A stretch of DNA of 64,000 nt from Tubiluchus corallicola (lineage: Eukaryota > Animalia > Priapulida), in NCBI GenBank assembly GCA_030141605.1, contig JAQGDQ010000299.1, positions 199,837-263,836 of the forward strand, written 5' to 3'. The position numbers and the translations under genes are program-made. Numbering within the stretch: the stretch's first letter is position 1; the number at the start of each line of letters is the position of its first letter. This document shows, one piece after another, positions 50,617-64,000 of the stretch. The notes beneath the pieces were generated by a model. The model was not told where the DNA came from, made no database searches, and worked only from the letters and a program-made list of their open reading frames with translations.

Positions 50617-50778
50617 AAGAAAAAGTCAGGAAGAGTGAGATAGAGAAGAGAGAGAAAGAAATGAGAAAGAAAGAGAGAGAGAGAAGAAGAAGAGAGAGAA
50701 AGAAATGAAAAAGAAAGAGAGAGAAAGAAAGAGAGAGAAATAAGAAAAAGAGAGAGAGAAGAAGAAGAAGAGAGAGAG

Positions 50779-50825
<47 letters not shown>

Positions 50826-50962
50826 GCGTGCGTGCGTGCGTGTGCGTGCGTGAGTGTGTGTGTACGTGCGTGAGTGTGTGTGTACGTGCGTGTGTGTATG
50901 TGTGTGCGCGTGTGTGTATGTGTGTGTGCGTGCGTGTGCGTGCGTGTGTGTGTATGTGTGCG
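50573..50962. repeat. (GA)n then (GT)n/(GCGT)n microsatellites
   Basis: Direct reading. Confidence 0.95.
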
Positions 50963-51839
50963 TTTTTGTCACTAGCGTTTTGTATGCTTGATATACTGTA
51001 TTTAGATATAATTATATAAGTAAATTACACATTACATCCTTCGAGTGAAAATTCACACATTACGACTGGCATTCATGCGTAAATGTTTAAATAACATGCC
51101 ATTATTATGCAAGCTCCAGTTAGTTTATGACTATGATATCCATAGATTTGTCCTGTAATTTTACCACCTGTAAATCATTCAAGCAAAGTTACGTACCGAC
51201 GAGTCCATTAACCTTTTTAACGAACACTTGATTGCTCGTACGTAAAACTGCTTTCTTCCAACAGTACAAATTAGTCTGGAATTAGACTTTTTAAATTCCT
51301 TCAAAAAAATTGAATAGATGTTCAGTGTCTATTGAACTGGCAGATTAAGAAATGGAAATAGTGTGGAGCCATTTCTTGCATGAAAATTTGATGCACTGTC
51401 GGAGAATTTCAAAAAGGATTTTGTGCTGTGTTTATATTGAATGACATACTGTCTATTATGTCTGCGACGGTATACTAGAATATAAAAATTACAGGAAAAT
51501 GTAATTCCTGCAATAAAGCGAAATGCGTGTGGGTCAACAATTTTTTTTTGAAAAAAAGGTCCAACGCAAAAAAATGAAATGAATAGAAATGAGTGCCTGA
51601 ATATAGGAATATAATCGCGTTATATCAGCACGTCTGGCAGGTCTCACTACCCCCTGTTGTCTAGGTGCTGTACTGTACAGAATTTTTGAAAGCTAAACTT
51701 GGCGAATATTGTAGAAATGTGAAAAAATCTCTGTACTGCGAAAAAAACAAGCATTTTTAACGAATTTAGAATTTTTACTTGCGCATACATTACATTACAA
51801 TGACGTACAAAAATTTACAAAAGAAAGTTATTACATTAT

Positions 51840-52020
<181 letters not shown>

Positions 52021-55000
52021 ACATGGATTCGGTTTTAAATGAAGTTAGCTTTAGAGGGGTAGAAGCACCACTGCTTTTTATGTACAGTAAGAAAAAAGAG
52101 AATAGAACTGGTGTGATATAATTAAGTCATATTATTTTTTAGTCAAATAATCCAGTTCGGTTGAATGTTCGATATCATGTCACAAGAAGAAATGAGTTTT
52201 GCTATTAAGTTGTGCAGAACAGACGTGACGCGCCAGTTCATTGGAAATGCAGGTCCAAGGCTTTGGTATGAAACGTCTATTGTAGCTTCACCTACATACG
52301 CATTGATTATTATCAGTATATAATTTACATTATACTTATTATTTAAGAATGTAGCGTTTATGTACTGTACTATACTTATGCATTTATGTACTGTATATGT
52401 TCTGTACTGTTGTACTGATGTGAAAGAAATAAATTACAAATGAAGCTGCATTAAATTTTTACCATCGATTAGTTTTTCCAATTTGTAACTATTAATGCTC
52501 CTGAAAGTGCATTTCCACCTGGTAATTTTCAGAAACAGAAAAAAGGACTCAACTCAGCTGTAAAATAGAATTGGAACTTTTCAAATATTAAAAAGCTGTT
52601 CTTAATGCACAAAGTTTGCAGACGTACTTAACGTGTAAACGCAACTCAATTTGACAAAGTACAAAAGCAAAAACACGTTGTTAACTGCCCTTCAACAAAA
52701 AGGGTCAGTTACGACTACAATAGTTTCCCAAACAATGGCATAAATAATGGAAGGGGGCGCTTATGCGCACGAATATTAAACCAGTCAAATTAGAGTTAAA
52801 TAAGAGGCCATTACAGACGCTAAGCCAATAACAAAATCGTCAGCTCCACTGTTGGCGTAATTCTAGGAGCATGCGCTGTACAATGGGGGTGTTTAGTACA
52901 ACACAGTCTGGAAAATGTGTTATAGAGAATGTGGGACACCTGCTTAGCTGTCAGACGGGTGTAGGGCGTTAAATTAAAGATATGGCACGAAAATTGATGT
53001 TGTTGTGTGAGCCCATTTCGGACGTGGAACTTCAGAAATGATTGCTTTGCATAATTTTGTTAGTTTAAACTGCACCGAACTTCATTCTATGACAGTTAAT
53101 AAATGCAAAATCGTCTTGCTTGCTGTGACAGTAGCTATTGGCTGGGGTCTTATTCATTTTACTTACACACCTCGGCATTCTGAAAGACAGCGTCCAGTAC
53201 TAAACTACAGTGACTAATGTAAATGACTGTGGACGGACCAGAACCTCACTAACTATCAAGAATAATTTTTAAGATAACATACTTATCAGTCGTACTGTCA
53301 ATTACACTCGGTCATCAATAATCAATAGCTCGATATCAGTTGGTCAGTCAGTCCGCCAGTCAGTCAGATAGTCAGTTTGGGAATACTCTCAATGAGCTCA
53401 TAGCTTTGCTTATTGCTCTAGTGTAAAAACTATTGCTGTTAACAATAATGTGTTGTATTTTGATGTAATATTTGGGAAAAGTGTATATAGTCTGTATAGC
53501 AGAGTCACTTACAGCACAAATTAGTTTAAAATCGGAGGCTGTGTTTAGTATCTAAAACGAAGGGTATTGTTGTTGTATGTTCACTCTTCCGTAAACCATT
53601 TTTTGAAGATTTAGCAATATTAGTCAGATCTCGTTAATCTTTCATTATAATTTATTGTGCGGCCTACTATAATACATAGTTTTGCATCATTTGCTCTTGG
53701 ACTAAGCAAAAATACAGTATGTTCATGGGAAACTCCAACTCTCCAATTGTTGTAACTTAAGCTGGTTCACATATAACTGCTGCAGTATCAAATTTTGGTC
53801 CACATTGTTGGTTTTTATTTGAAAATTATACCCCTATAGCAACCAACTAACAGTTAATCTGTCAATGCTCTAGGCTGTTCTACAAAACCACACAATCCTA
53901 CAAAACGTTTTGTTGCCTTTTTTGCGTGCATGCCATGGTCAATGGCCAGACCTGTATTTGCTATTGTCCAGTGCCAATGCTGACCATTGGCCGCAGAACG
54001 TGTGAAATTTCAATTGGCGTCTGATATAGCACTTCATGATGATAATTGGAGGTGTTCACACGAAGTGTCTGATGGAATCTCCTTTGCTTCCCATTGTCCT
54101 CCTTTGTAAGTCAATTCCGCCTCTCATCATGTCGTGAGTAACCAGTAATTTTCACTGCTCGGACAATGGCGGAATCGGCTAATTGACCTACTGACCGCGC
54201 AATCTTGACTTCTCAGTCTTGTTTGTTTCGCGTTGACCGTTGAAAAATTTAAAATCTTTTAGATGCCAACGGCAACTGCTACGCACAGATATGTGCGCGC
54301 AAAAATCGATATTGCATAAATTATGTTTATTGCAAAGTGCCTGCTAATGAGATTATAGTGAAATATTATGAGCTAAATTTACTATGAACTCAAAGTAAAC
54401 GGCTTTATTTTTGCGATAAATTTTTATTGCAAACTGTGATGATTTTTCAGGTAATTTGCAAGAAAATGACCACAGGTGACCACTGACCACTGATTAAAAT
54501 TTATAGTGAAAATAAAACAGCTTAAGCAGCTGTATGCAAAAACAACATAGGAACTTACTAATGTAAATCCTTTGTAATTTTGAATGTATATTTACTTACA
54601 TAAATAACTATTTATATATCCAATGCAGTTACAAATAGATTACGAATAAAAAAGTAATTATTTATTTAATTAATTAGCCTAAGCTGTTAATTTATTGTAC
54701 GCTCTTTGTGTCATGTTTATTTTTGCCTACTTTAATATTTAATATTTTGAAAAACAAAGACAAGAGGATTCTGATGTTATTTTTATTTTAGGGTTCAGGA
54801 TATGGCCTTGCTGTACATAACATCCTTATACTTTCCTACCGTCCAACCAGATTCTCTTTAAGTGTTTTTTCTCAAGAAAGTATTATGCATCTGGAAGGAT
54901 TATCCATTCTTCTGTCACAACTCTTGCTTTCTTTACCCGTTAGCAACATGCCGTCAAAAGTTTTAAAAGAAAATCTCTCGTGGTTTTGACTTCACCAATT

Positions 55001-57700
55001 GATCTTGCGAAAGACGCGTCCATGATCTCTTTTTGCCCTCTGGGTAGGGATGCTTAGCCCCTACGAAACATCATTATGCCCAGTTTTGGGGGGAACGGGT
55101 TAAGCATTAAAATCAATAGCTTCTACATTATAAGTTTACATCTTTCTTAAACTCAACTGACTTCTACTGATGCTTATCAGTGGTTAAGAGGCTTTATTTA
55201 AAACTTGGCAAACCGGCTTGTAAAATAAACTTTAAGCAAATTCTTTGTGGCATTTTACGTAATCGTACACTTTCGTGTAGAAAAACAAGAGTAAAAGAAT
55301 GAAAGAAATTCAGAATCAAGTAAAAAGGAGAAAGGGGAAATCTTTGCAATAACGAGAAAATCGCACCAGATTTTATCTGTCGTGCCGCATTAGTATTGCA
55401 GCTCGCTTGAAGTTTTCTAATCTTTCGTTTTCAAGTTGTCTGACCAGTACCTTCCCTTGTTCCTTTTGACCCAGTAACTTGCAAACAATGATCAGAAATT
55501 CCAGTCGGCTGAATAAATCCCCCCACTTACGAGGATAAGATGATAGTTGAAATTCCTGACTCTTATTATCGACTAGTTTACAAGTGTCTTCTTCAGAAAC
55601 GCTTAGACTGTTGTTTTGGTCAAGTGAACAAGTCAAGGGATCTTGTTGCTACAATCTAGTGCATGTAAGTTAAGCAGCAAAGCAGCTAGCCAAAGCTTTG
55701 TTTGATGACCAGAGACAATGAGAAGTATAGCTTTTGTTTTTCGTTGATAATGTCTGAGAGAATAGAATTCAAGTTGCAAAACCAAAAATCAGATACGTAG
55801 ACCACGTGAAATGTAACTCGTGTAGCTTTGTATTTTGTGTACAACATTAATTTCTTATCTTATCAAGATCGAGTTGCTCCGCCCACAGTTATTTTTAATA
55901 TATAATAATGAATTTTTCATAACTACTACAGCGTATAAGAAAACTAGGTGTAAAAGTTGTAGCATCCTTTTTATTTGAGCTAATTCTTAACATCCTAGAA
56001 GATATGACTTTCGATTTTAAAAGCAAAATTTGACGCTTTACTACTGGGGTATGTTTTTATTTGCTTGTAATCTGTCTGTCATGACCTATTTTCAAGTTTT
56101 ATTTTATACTAATTAGATTAAATTTCATTAAATTACGTTAATATCTGCATTAATTGTTCTTAATCTGTAGAAATTCTTCTACGTATTAATTTTGGAAATT
56201 AAGCTTTATAAAGCTATACAGCGACGCTCAAACGGTAACTGCAACGGCAATAAAAGCAGCTGTTACCCCACGCTTCTGGTAATAAGCCGCGACACGTGCC
56301 AACTTCTTAATTTATTTTTTCTAATTTATTACCCAATCTTTGCCGCCGCCACCATAGTTGCGTTATAGCCTTTTTGCCAAAGTACCATCATGGTGATGAC
56401 ATTGGAGCTGAGTGAATTATTTGGTCATTTAAAACCCATCTGGCAAAAATGGACGTTTTGGTTTGCATACAGTCAGTAAATCAACATCATAGAGTTTACG
56501 AGGTGGATAATAAGGTTTCCCCATTTTTCGCTTGTTTCTTGTGATTTTGACAGGAAAATATAATTCGCTTCATTCAAGCCAACTTCAACTTGACCTCGCA
56601 CTGTAGGGCACTCCACAGTTTGAAACAATGATTGTCGTTCTTGGTTTTTAGAAGTGAAAAAGGCAGGTTTGACATCTTTGAGTGGGCTTATAACACTAAC
56701 AGCGGTCTTGCGAAAGTTTTTAGGGCTATAAGCCTATTCAAAGATGTCACACCTGCCTTATTCAATTCTAAAACTCAGGAGCGAGAATCATTGTTTCAAA
56801 CTGTGGCGTGTCCTATTGTGCGAGTTCAAGTTGAAATTGGCTTGAATGGAGCGAATTATATTTTCCTGTAAAAATCACAAGAAACAAGTGAAAACTGGGA
56901 AACCTTATTATCCACTCGTAAACTCTGTAATGTCGGTTTACTGACTGTATGTAAACCGAAACGTCCATTTTTACTAAATGGGTTCTAAATGTCGTTAACT
57001 CTCCTTTTCGTGAATATGAACAACTTCTGATGACCGGACACGCTTCCATTTTAATAATTCACACCACGAAAATTATTAAATTCTTCTGATACGAGGGAAA
57101 GTACCCCTAATTATCGAAGGAGAAGAGAGAAAGATAGGGAGAGTGAGAGAAAATGAGAAGGGACGGAAAGGAAAAGAGAGTGTGAGATATATAGTGGGTA
57201 ATGTGAGATATATAACTGTGAGATAAGTGTGTATATAGGGGGGTGAAAAACAAAAAGAAGTGGTGGAGAGGTGACAATAATGACACTCAACAATCCTTTG
57301 TGGTCATTTTAAATGAGAATTGGATGGCAGTCTTGAGCTGACCAGCTCACAACAGTCACCATTAACACATTCCGTGCTGCCATCGTTTAAACTTAAACTG
57401 GATTTGCGGCGACATTAGGCACAAAAAACCGGATATGAGAATGAATCCAACCTGCTGGTAATTTGTTTACATAACGTCATTCACGAAATATGTTTGTATT
57501 TCACGTGCAATTTAATATGGTTTATGATAATAGAAAAAAAACAGATGTATCATTTCTTTTAATTGAGTCTGCTCTCAAGTTTAACAAGGCTAAGAATGAT
57601 TGCAGATCATTGCCTGCTGGTAGCCTGTGTAACTGCCCAAGTAAATTTTCATTTAAAATACATGTGAATAATATGTGAGCATGTGGTTGTTTCAGTTTTA

Positions 57701-58305
57701 AGGAAAACTGGACGATTGTGTAGACATTAGTTCAAAATAAAGTGAGCTCAAAAGTCTTGAAAACTACAACAACGTTTCACATATAGTTCAAAATAAAATA
57801 TGCTCAAAAGTATTGAAAACTACAACAACGTTTTTTAAATCAAAGCTTAGATTAAATAATAATTACCTGAGATAGTTAAATTTTGTTAAATTTTCAAAGC
57901 TACACGCGGTTCAGCGAATCCAGTAAGAATGGCAACGACGCGTTTTTATCACATTTGCGTGGCCGACAAATAGGCGCTGTACCGTGATAAGCGTGATTAC
58001 GAACGGCCTAGTTCGTCTGTGACGTCAGTGTGACGTAGAGCTCAGTTTCGTGACATCATATCGGCACCTTATAGCAATCTTAGCTTACGCAAACGTGTTT
58101 GAAGCGCAGGGGAAGATGGCTACAATTGCACAAACTGTTGTTAGTTTGTGACGTAAGCGATAGTTATGTTCGATTGCCGTTAATTAACTGTTCAACTTAA
58201 TTATTCAAATGTTAAAAACAATTGCTAACTTTGTAGGCACGAAAATGTATATTTTGGACGGAAAAGTAAAATGAGATTAAGTCTAACCATTCGTCCGGTT
58301 TTCCT
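57701..58305 (-). mobile_element. Kolobok-like MITE, family C
   Basis: AGGAAAACTGGACGA ... TCGTCCGGTTTTCCT|ttaa. Reverse homologue of 2897-3460, with an internal duplication of about 56 bp at 57728-57833. Confidence 0.78.
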
Positions 58306-58944
58306 TTAACAATTTTTCATAGTCTTGCGCAGTAGTTATTGTACTGCAGAGTGAAATAATGCACTTGAAAAACATTAACGGTTGTGCTCATGAGTAAAAT
58401 GGCATTCTTTACTACTAACACTAACTACATCAGTTGACATGTAGTAATATTAAAACACATCGAGAATTTATAGTATTACGGTAACTCTTATATATAGATA
58501 TATATATAAATATCACTTCTACTGCGCGTCTAAAAGAAGACATGATATGTATTCATTTTATTTTGTGTCGTTATGGTTCGTCATTCCAAACGTTAGGCTC
58601 CCACAATCTCAGTTGATCAGAGCTGCCATCTATAAGTAGCTAACGAAAATGTTCGACGCACTAGAAATTGCTCCATATTTTTTTGCATCATATTACCCCC
58701 GTATACAATATAGTTCAGATTTTTACGTCTTTAAACACTACAGATGATTAATAGCGATTATTGCGCTTTTGCAAGGTGTAAAATTCCTCTGAATTTCCGC
58801 TTCTTTAACTATAGTACGTGCATCGGTAGAGGATTTAACACTTGTTCAGATCTTGCTGTGCAAAACTCTCTTAAACCTCATTATGTTTATTTTTTAGTTA
58901 AACTTTTTTCGCGAGGTACGCCTATTATAATTATTGTAATGAGC

Positions 58945-59776
58945 TAAAAGCTTTTGATCTAGTCAATCATATTGTATTACATGAAAAACTTTCGAGTATA
59001 TGCCTGCGACGAATTAACATTAAACTTATTTGAGTTGTAAATGTTCGGACGTCGCCAATGTGTAAAATTTAAAGCAAGTCTTTCCGACACTACCGTAATT
59101 GACATCGGCGTGCCACAAGGTTCCATATTAGGACCTCCGTTGTTTCTTTTATATGTCAATGATATGCATTTGCAGGTGAACCATTCAATTTGTAATATGT
59201 TTGCTGATGACTCAGTGTTCTCGTCTTCTAGTAAAAGTGGTAGTCAGTTAGTGGGAAGACCTGTGTTCTCAAGTTCTAGTAAAAGTGGTACCCAGTTAGA
59301 GGGAGACTTGTATAAACATGCCTTCCAGATTTATGGAGCAAAACTATTCATTCGGCTTCCTCAAATTGTTCAAGAAACTCCAACTGTCGTGAGTTTTAAA
59401 AGGGTCATTTTAAATAATATATTGACGAATTTTACAAATTAATTTCACGCTTATTTTATTACAGGATGTATTTGTTTTAACCTTATGGGCTTACAGTGAT
59501 ATCGTAACTTGCATGCTCAGAGATTTAGTTTTAATTTGTTTCTTATACATTATTTTTCATCTTATCAATTGGTATTAATTTTATCAGCAGAATTTAAGCC
59601 TCAAAATATTTAATTTGCTGCCTAATTTTGCACGTACGTGTAAAATTTGTATATTTTTAAGTTCTATATCATATTTTGCACTTTTTATCTCTATTTATAT
59701 TATGTATTGTTTTAGTACACTCGACCTGGATGTAAAGGAGCCTATGGCTCATTCTAGCTGTGGAGTTTAAAGATCT
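58945..59776 (+). mobile_element. CR1/L2-group LINE remnant (RT fragment, internal deletion, 3' end)
   Basis: KAFDLVNH; RRQCV..S....I.IGVPQGSILGPPLFLLYVND; MFADDS. Then a jump to C-terminal FQIYGAKLF..LP..V.E......SFK, an AT-rich 3' UTR, and a terminal hairpin before the repeat tail. Confidence 0.88.
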
Positions 59777-60213
<437 letters not shown>

Positions 60214-60897
60214 AATTCATGCACGCATCTCAATAGATTTGAGTTCAAACAAAACTCTTTTCTAGAATGTACCTAACCGTTAATTAATGCGTTGTCAAAA
60301 ACTCCATCGTCTAGAGTAATTCAAGCTCAAAAGGGCAGGAGTTAATATATCGAGTTTCGACTTTGATTCGAAAAAAAACTTTGCATAAGAATCGACGGCA
60401 GTTGAATTCATGTCAGACAACAAGGCGCGCCATGTTTTGGAAAATTTCACGATATAAAACTGCATTGTGGTTAGGTGCTTCGCTGATCGCGATTGTTTGA
60501 CAATTTTTCAATAAGGAAAGTGCGCCATTATCATGACAATGACTCAGACGACTTGTGAAGTGCAGTCACTTTTGGTTATACAATAACTTATGTGGTGGCT
60601 AATGTGGCAGCACCAGCTGCTTCTGTGTACAGCGTGTGAGGAACTAACAGACCTTGCGTAATGGTACGCAGGTCTAATATACTTAATGACCCAGATATGA
60701 TGTGGAAATTTGAAAAAAATCTAAATAGTTAGGCCTACAACCGAGCTTTCTGACATGCTGGGAGTTTTTTGCTAAAAAATCGCTTTTACCATATATTTGC
60801 GTTAACAATAATTTGCCCGGTTTTTATTAATGATACATTTTCCCAGTTTTCTGTTTGATTTTTTTAATATAATTAGTAAAAGAGAAAAATGTGAAAC

Positions 60898-60924
60898 GGA
60901 GAGAAAGAGAAAAAGAAGGAGAGA

Positions 60925-60978
<54 letters not shown>

Positions 60979-61051
60979 GGGGGGAGAGGAGAGAGAGAGC
61001 ACGAGCGAGAGAGAGAGAAAGAGAGAGAGAGAGGGAGAGAGAGAGAGAGAA

Positions 61052-61084
<33 letters not shown>

Positions 61085-61238
61085 CAGAGAAAGAGAAAAA
61101 GAGAGAATGAAAGAATGAACAGACAAACAAAGAGAGAACGAAGAGATGCAGACAAGAGAGGGACAGGAACAAAGAAAGAAGAGAGGGGAGGGAGAGGGAG
61201 ACAGACTGAAGAGAGAAAGATAGAGAGGGTAAGAGAAA
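60898..61238. repeat. (GA)n-rich tract
   Basis: Direct reading. Confidence 0.93.
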
Positions 61239-61507
61239 GCGCCGTAAATGTACAATGATATTGGATCTGAATTATAACTTTTTTAAAATGCCCATCTTTG
61301 GTTGTATAAAACTATAACTGAATAGAATGTATTTTGTTACCACAAAAGATGCTTATGCTTGCTCAGGCTAGTAATCTTACATGTTGTAATTTTCACGCTG
61401 TTTTTTATTTCTTTTTAAATTTTAATTATTCCTAATTTTATTTTGTTTGTTGTATATTTGACTTTGTTTCACTGTAATCATGGTGTTTCTCATAATCGTA
61501 TATTTAA

Positions 61508-62029
61508 AGGAAAGAACAACTAATTCAGCATGTTGGGATTATTTTAGCTGCTATCATTTAAATTTAGAAAAAATATAATTAGTAAATTAGCAAGAAACTG
61601 TTTGCAAAGCACAAAGTTAATTTACAGAAATTTACAGGCAGCGCGGTGGTAGCCACCATTCACTTGAAAAATATGACGTAATTGGTAGACTTCGTGGCAT
61701 CGAGGCTTTCCGTAAACCCCGGCCGGTTAGAATAATTCAAACTTCTGCAGCTTACCTAGTATTCGTGCAGAAATATCTCAAGATTAGCTGTCTGATTTTG
61801 TGTCTTATCCTTTTGACACAAATTAACAGTGAGCTACTTTTCTTCAGTTGACGAATGACGTCATTGGTGGAAAAAATGGGCGTTCAGAATAGGAGCGCTT
61901 AAGCCTGATTTGATCGCGACTTTAAAGTGATTATACTAATTACACGAGGCGTTTGTCACACTTTTATTAATAAATATTTCTCGTGTACATCGAAATAAGC
62001 CTAGCTTCCCAGAAGGGTTGACTTTTCCT
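61508..62029 (+). mobile_element. Kolobok-like MITE, family B, full length
   Basis: ttaa|AGGAAAGAACAAC ... GTTGACTTTTCCT|ttaa. Confidence 0.82.
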
Positions 62030-62339
62030 TTAATTTTGCACGCGCAATTTTCACCAAAAAGGCAAGCGGACACAATGCATACTATCCATTGCAGTACAAC
62101 ATGCATGCATTAGCATATTGTTAGTATCACAATGCCTAAAAAGGCAAGTTAGATAATTATGTAGTTTGACTCGCAGGCGTACGTGGTAATTACGGGGTTT
62201 CTGAGACCCCGAGGTTGTGGGCTAGTGATTACACATAACGGTATATTTCATTGTATCATTGGTGCCGAGGGGGCATTTCAAAACCGGCTTTCAAATAGGG
62301 CTTACCGATTATGGTGAGTTCTTTGCAAGGTGACTAATA

Positions 62340-62827
62340 AGTCACATTGAAAAAAGACGTGGAAAAAAGTCGCAGGGAAAAGTCACAGGAAAAAAGTCAC
62401 AATTTTTTCTGAGACTTCTGTGACTTTTTCCTGTGACTTTGTACCTGTGACGTTTTTACTTGTGACTTTTGACCTGTGATTTTTTAATGTGACTTTTTTA
62501 CCTGTGACTCTTTACCTCTGACGTTTTTACCTGTGACTTTTAACATGTGATTTTTTTACCTGTGATTTTTTTACCTGTGACTCTTTACCTCTGACGTTTT
62601 TACCTGTGACTTTTTTACCTGTGAGTTTTTACCTGTGACGTTTTTACCTGTGACTCTTTACCTGTGACTTTTTCACCTGTGAGTTTTTTCCTGTGATTTT
62701 TTTCTGTGACTGTTTTACCTGTGACTTTTTACTTGTGACTTTTTTCCTGTGATTTTTTTCTGTGACTTTTTTACCTGTGAACTTTTTGCCTGTGACTTTT
62801 TTAGATGTGATGTTTTTACCTAGATTC
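62340..62827. mobile_element. Foldback/Mutator-like element with (TTTTACCTGTGAC)n array
   Basis: Short left arm of AAAAGTCACAGG units and long inverted right arm. Ends cctagattc, like cctggattc at 21717. Confidence 0.7.
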
Positions 62828-63607
62828 TTTTATACTGCATTTCGCATTTTCCGACAGAGAATTTTTAAGCATTGCAATGTAAAAGTATATAAAAAAGATA
62901 AATGATAGTAATGTTGCTTTATTTTTAAGGTAATAATTTCCACCTTGGTGTTTATACGCCCTCTGTGCAATTAGGGTCGCATTTCGATATGACCCCCAAT
63001 TATCGCGGAGAAGCTAAAACCGCCTCCAGAAAGAGTAACGGTACAAATAACTGCTGTCAATTACAGCTTTTTAACATGTTGCATAGCGGGTTATTATTAT
63101 TACCGTAAATAACAATGGACAAAAAACGTGACTGGGGGTGGGGGGGGGTGAATATAAAGAACCGCGTGGGAAGGTAGCACATGTTATACACGATGGTACT
63201 AATTGCTCTTTTACTAGAGAGGATGTTCTTCAATAGGCGATGCAGCTATAGACGAAAGTAAAAAAAAGCTGAATTGTATTTCGTTAACTTCAAAGGACCG
63301 TTGGCGCTTGAATCGTCTACGTCGAGGACTTAAAATGGCGCTCAGTTGCTATGGTTTTGGGCTCAAGTCCAGGGTCTCCCAAAGCCAAGATGCATATGTA
63401 TGATATTCGTTGTTCTTGTGTTATTACTTCGTACATGTTGTTGTGTAACTGCTGTTTTGTTTTTGTTTATCAATGGGAATGTAACTGTATCTTTTCCTTA
63501 TGATAATTTTGGTTCTTCATTCGTCAGCGTACATTTGGTCAATGCACATATGGTCAATGGATATTTCGACATTGTACATTCCGCTACTGTGTTTGCGTTC
63601 CATAACA

Positions 63608-64000
63608 TTCTTCTTCTTCTTCTTCTCAGCTTTTCCCTATGCGGGGTCGCCGTTGTGAATGAGTCTTCTCCACGCATTCCTGTTGTTGACCATCTCTTCA
63701 TTTATGTCTTCCCTTCCCAAAAGATCTTCACCGACTCTTCTTTTCAGGTGTCCATATCATCGCAATCTTGCAAGGCTTCCACTACTTTTACTGTTCCTCT
63801 GATATTATTATTTCTAATTTTATCTCTTCTTGTTATTCCCACCATCCATCTCAACATCCTCATCTCCACCACACCCATTTTCTTCTCTTCGGCCTTCTTT
63901 AGAGAAGCTGCTTCCAGCCCATAGATTAGAGCGGGTCTGACCACTTCTTTGTGGACTTTCCCTTTAAGTCTCACCGACTCATTCATAGAAGGTTTTGGCG
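63608..64000 (-). mobile_element. RTE-clade LINE 3' end (runs off the window)
   Basis: LKGKVHKEVVRPALIYGLE......EEKKMGVVEMRMLRWMVGITRRDKIRN..IR is a typical RTE ORF C-terminus. 3' GCGACCCCGCATAGGGAAAAGC followed by an (AGA)n tail. Confidence 0.9.

Overview
AT-rich, repeat-dense, gene-poor eukaryotic (invertebrate animal-like) genomic DNA, not prokaryotic. The left end holds the last three coding exons of a TMEM184A/B-family (OST-alpha domain) gene on the + strand. At about 11.3 kb there is a probable first coding exon (coiled-coil, family not recognised) with its own promoter. After it come about 52 kb with no recognisable partner exon. That stretch is filled with microsatellites, minisatellites, non-autonomous DNA transposons (Kolobok-like TTAA families, hAT, piggyBac-like, Tc1/pogo-like, foldback/Mutator-like) and LINE/SINE remnants (L2, CR1, RTE, tRNA-SINE). 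The most unusual objects are: (1) a 478-bp element made of a Gypsy LTR, tRNA primer site and gag start, closed by an INVERTED copy of its own LTR, with an intact 5-bp target duplication; (2) a 5S-rRNA-headed SINE with an RTE-like body; (3) a second short structured RTE-type element inserted in a minisatellite. Almost all entries in the ORF track are spurious or repeat-derived. Family assignments come from recalled motifs, not database searches.
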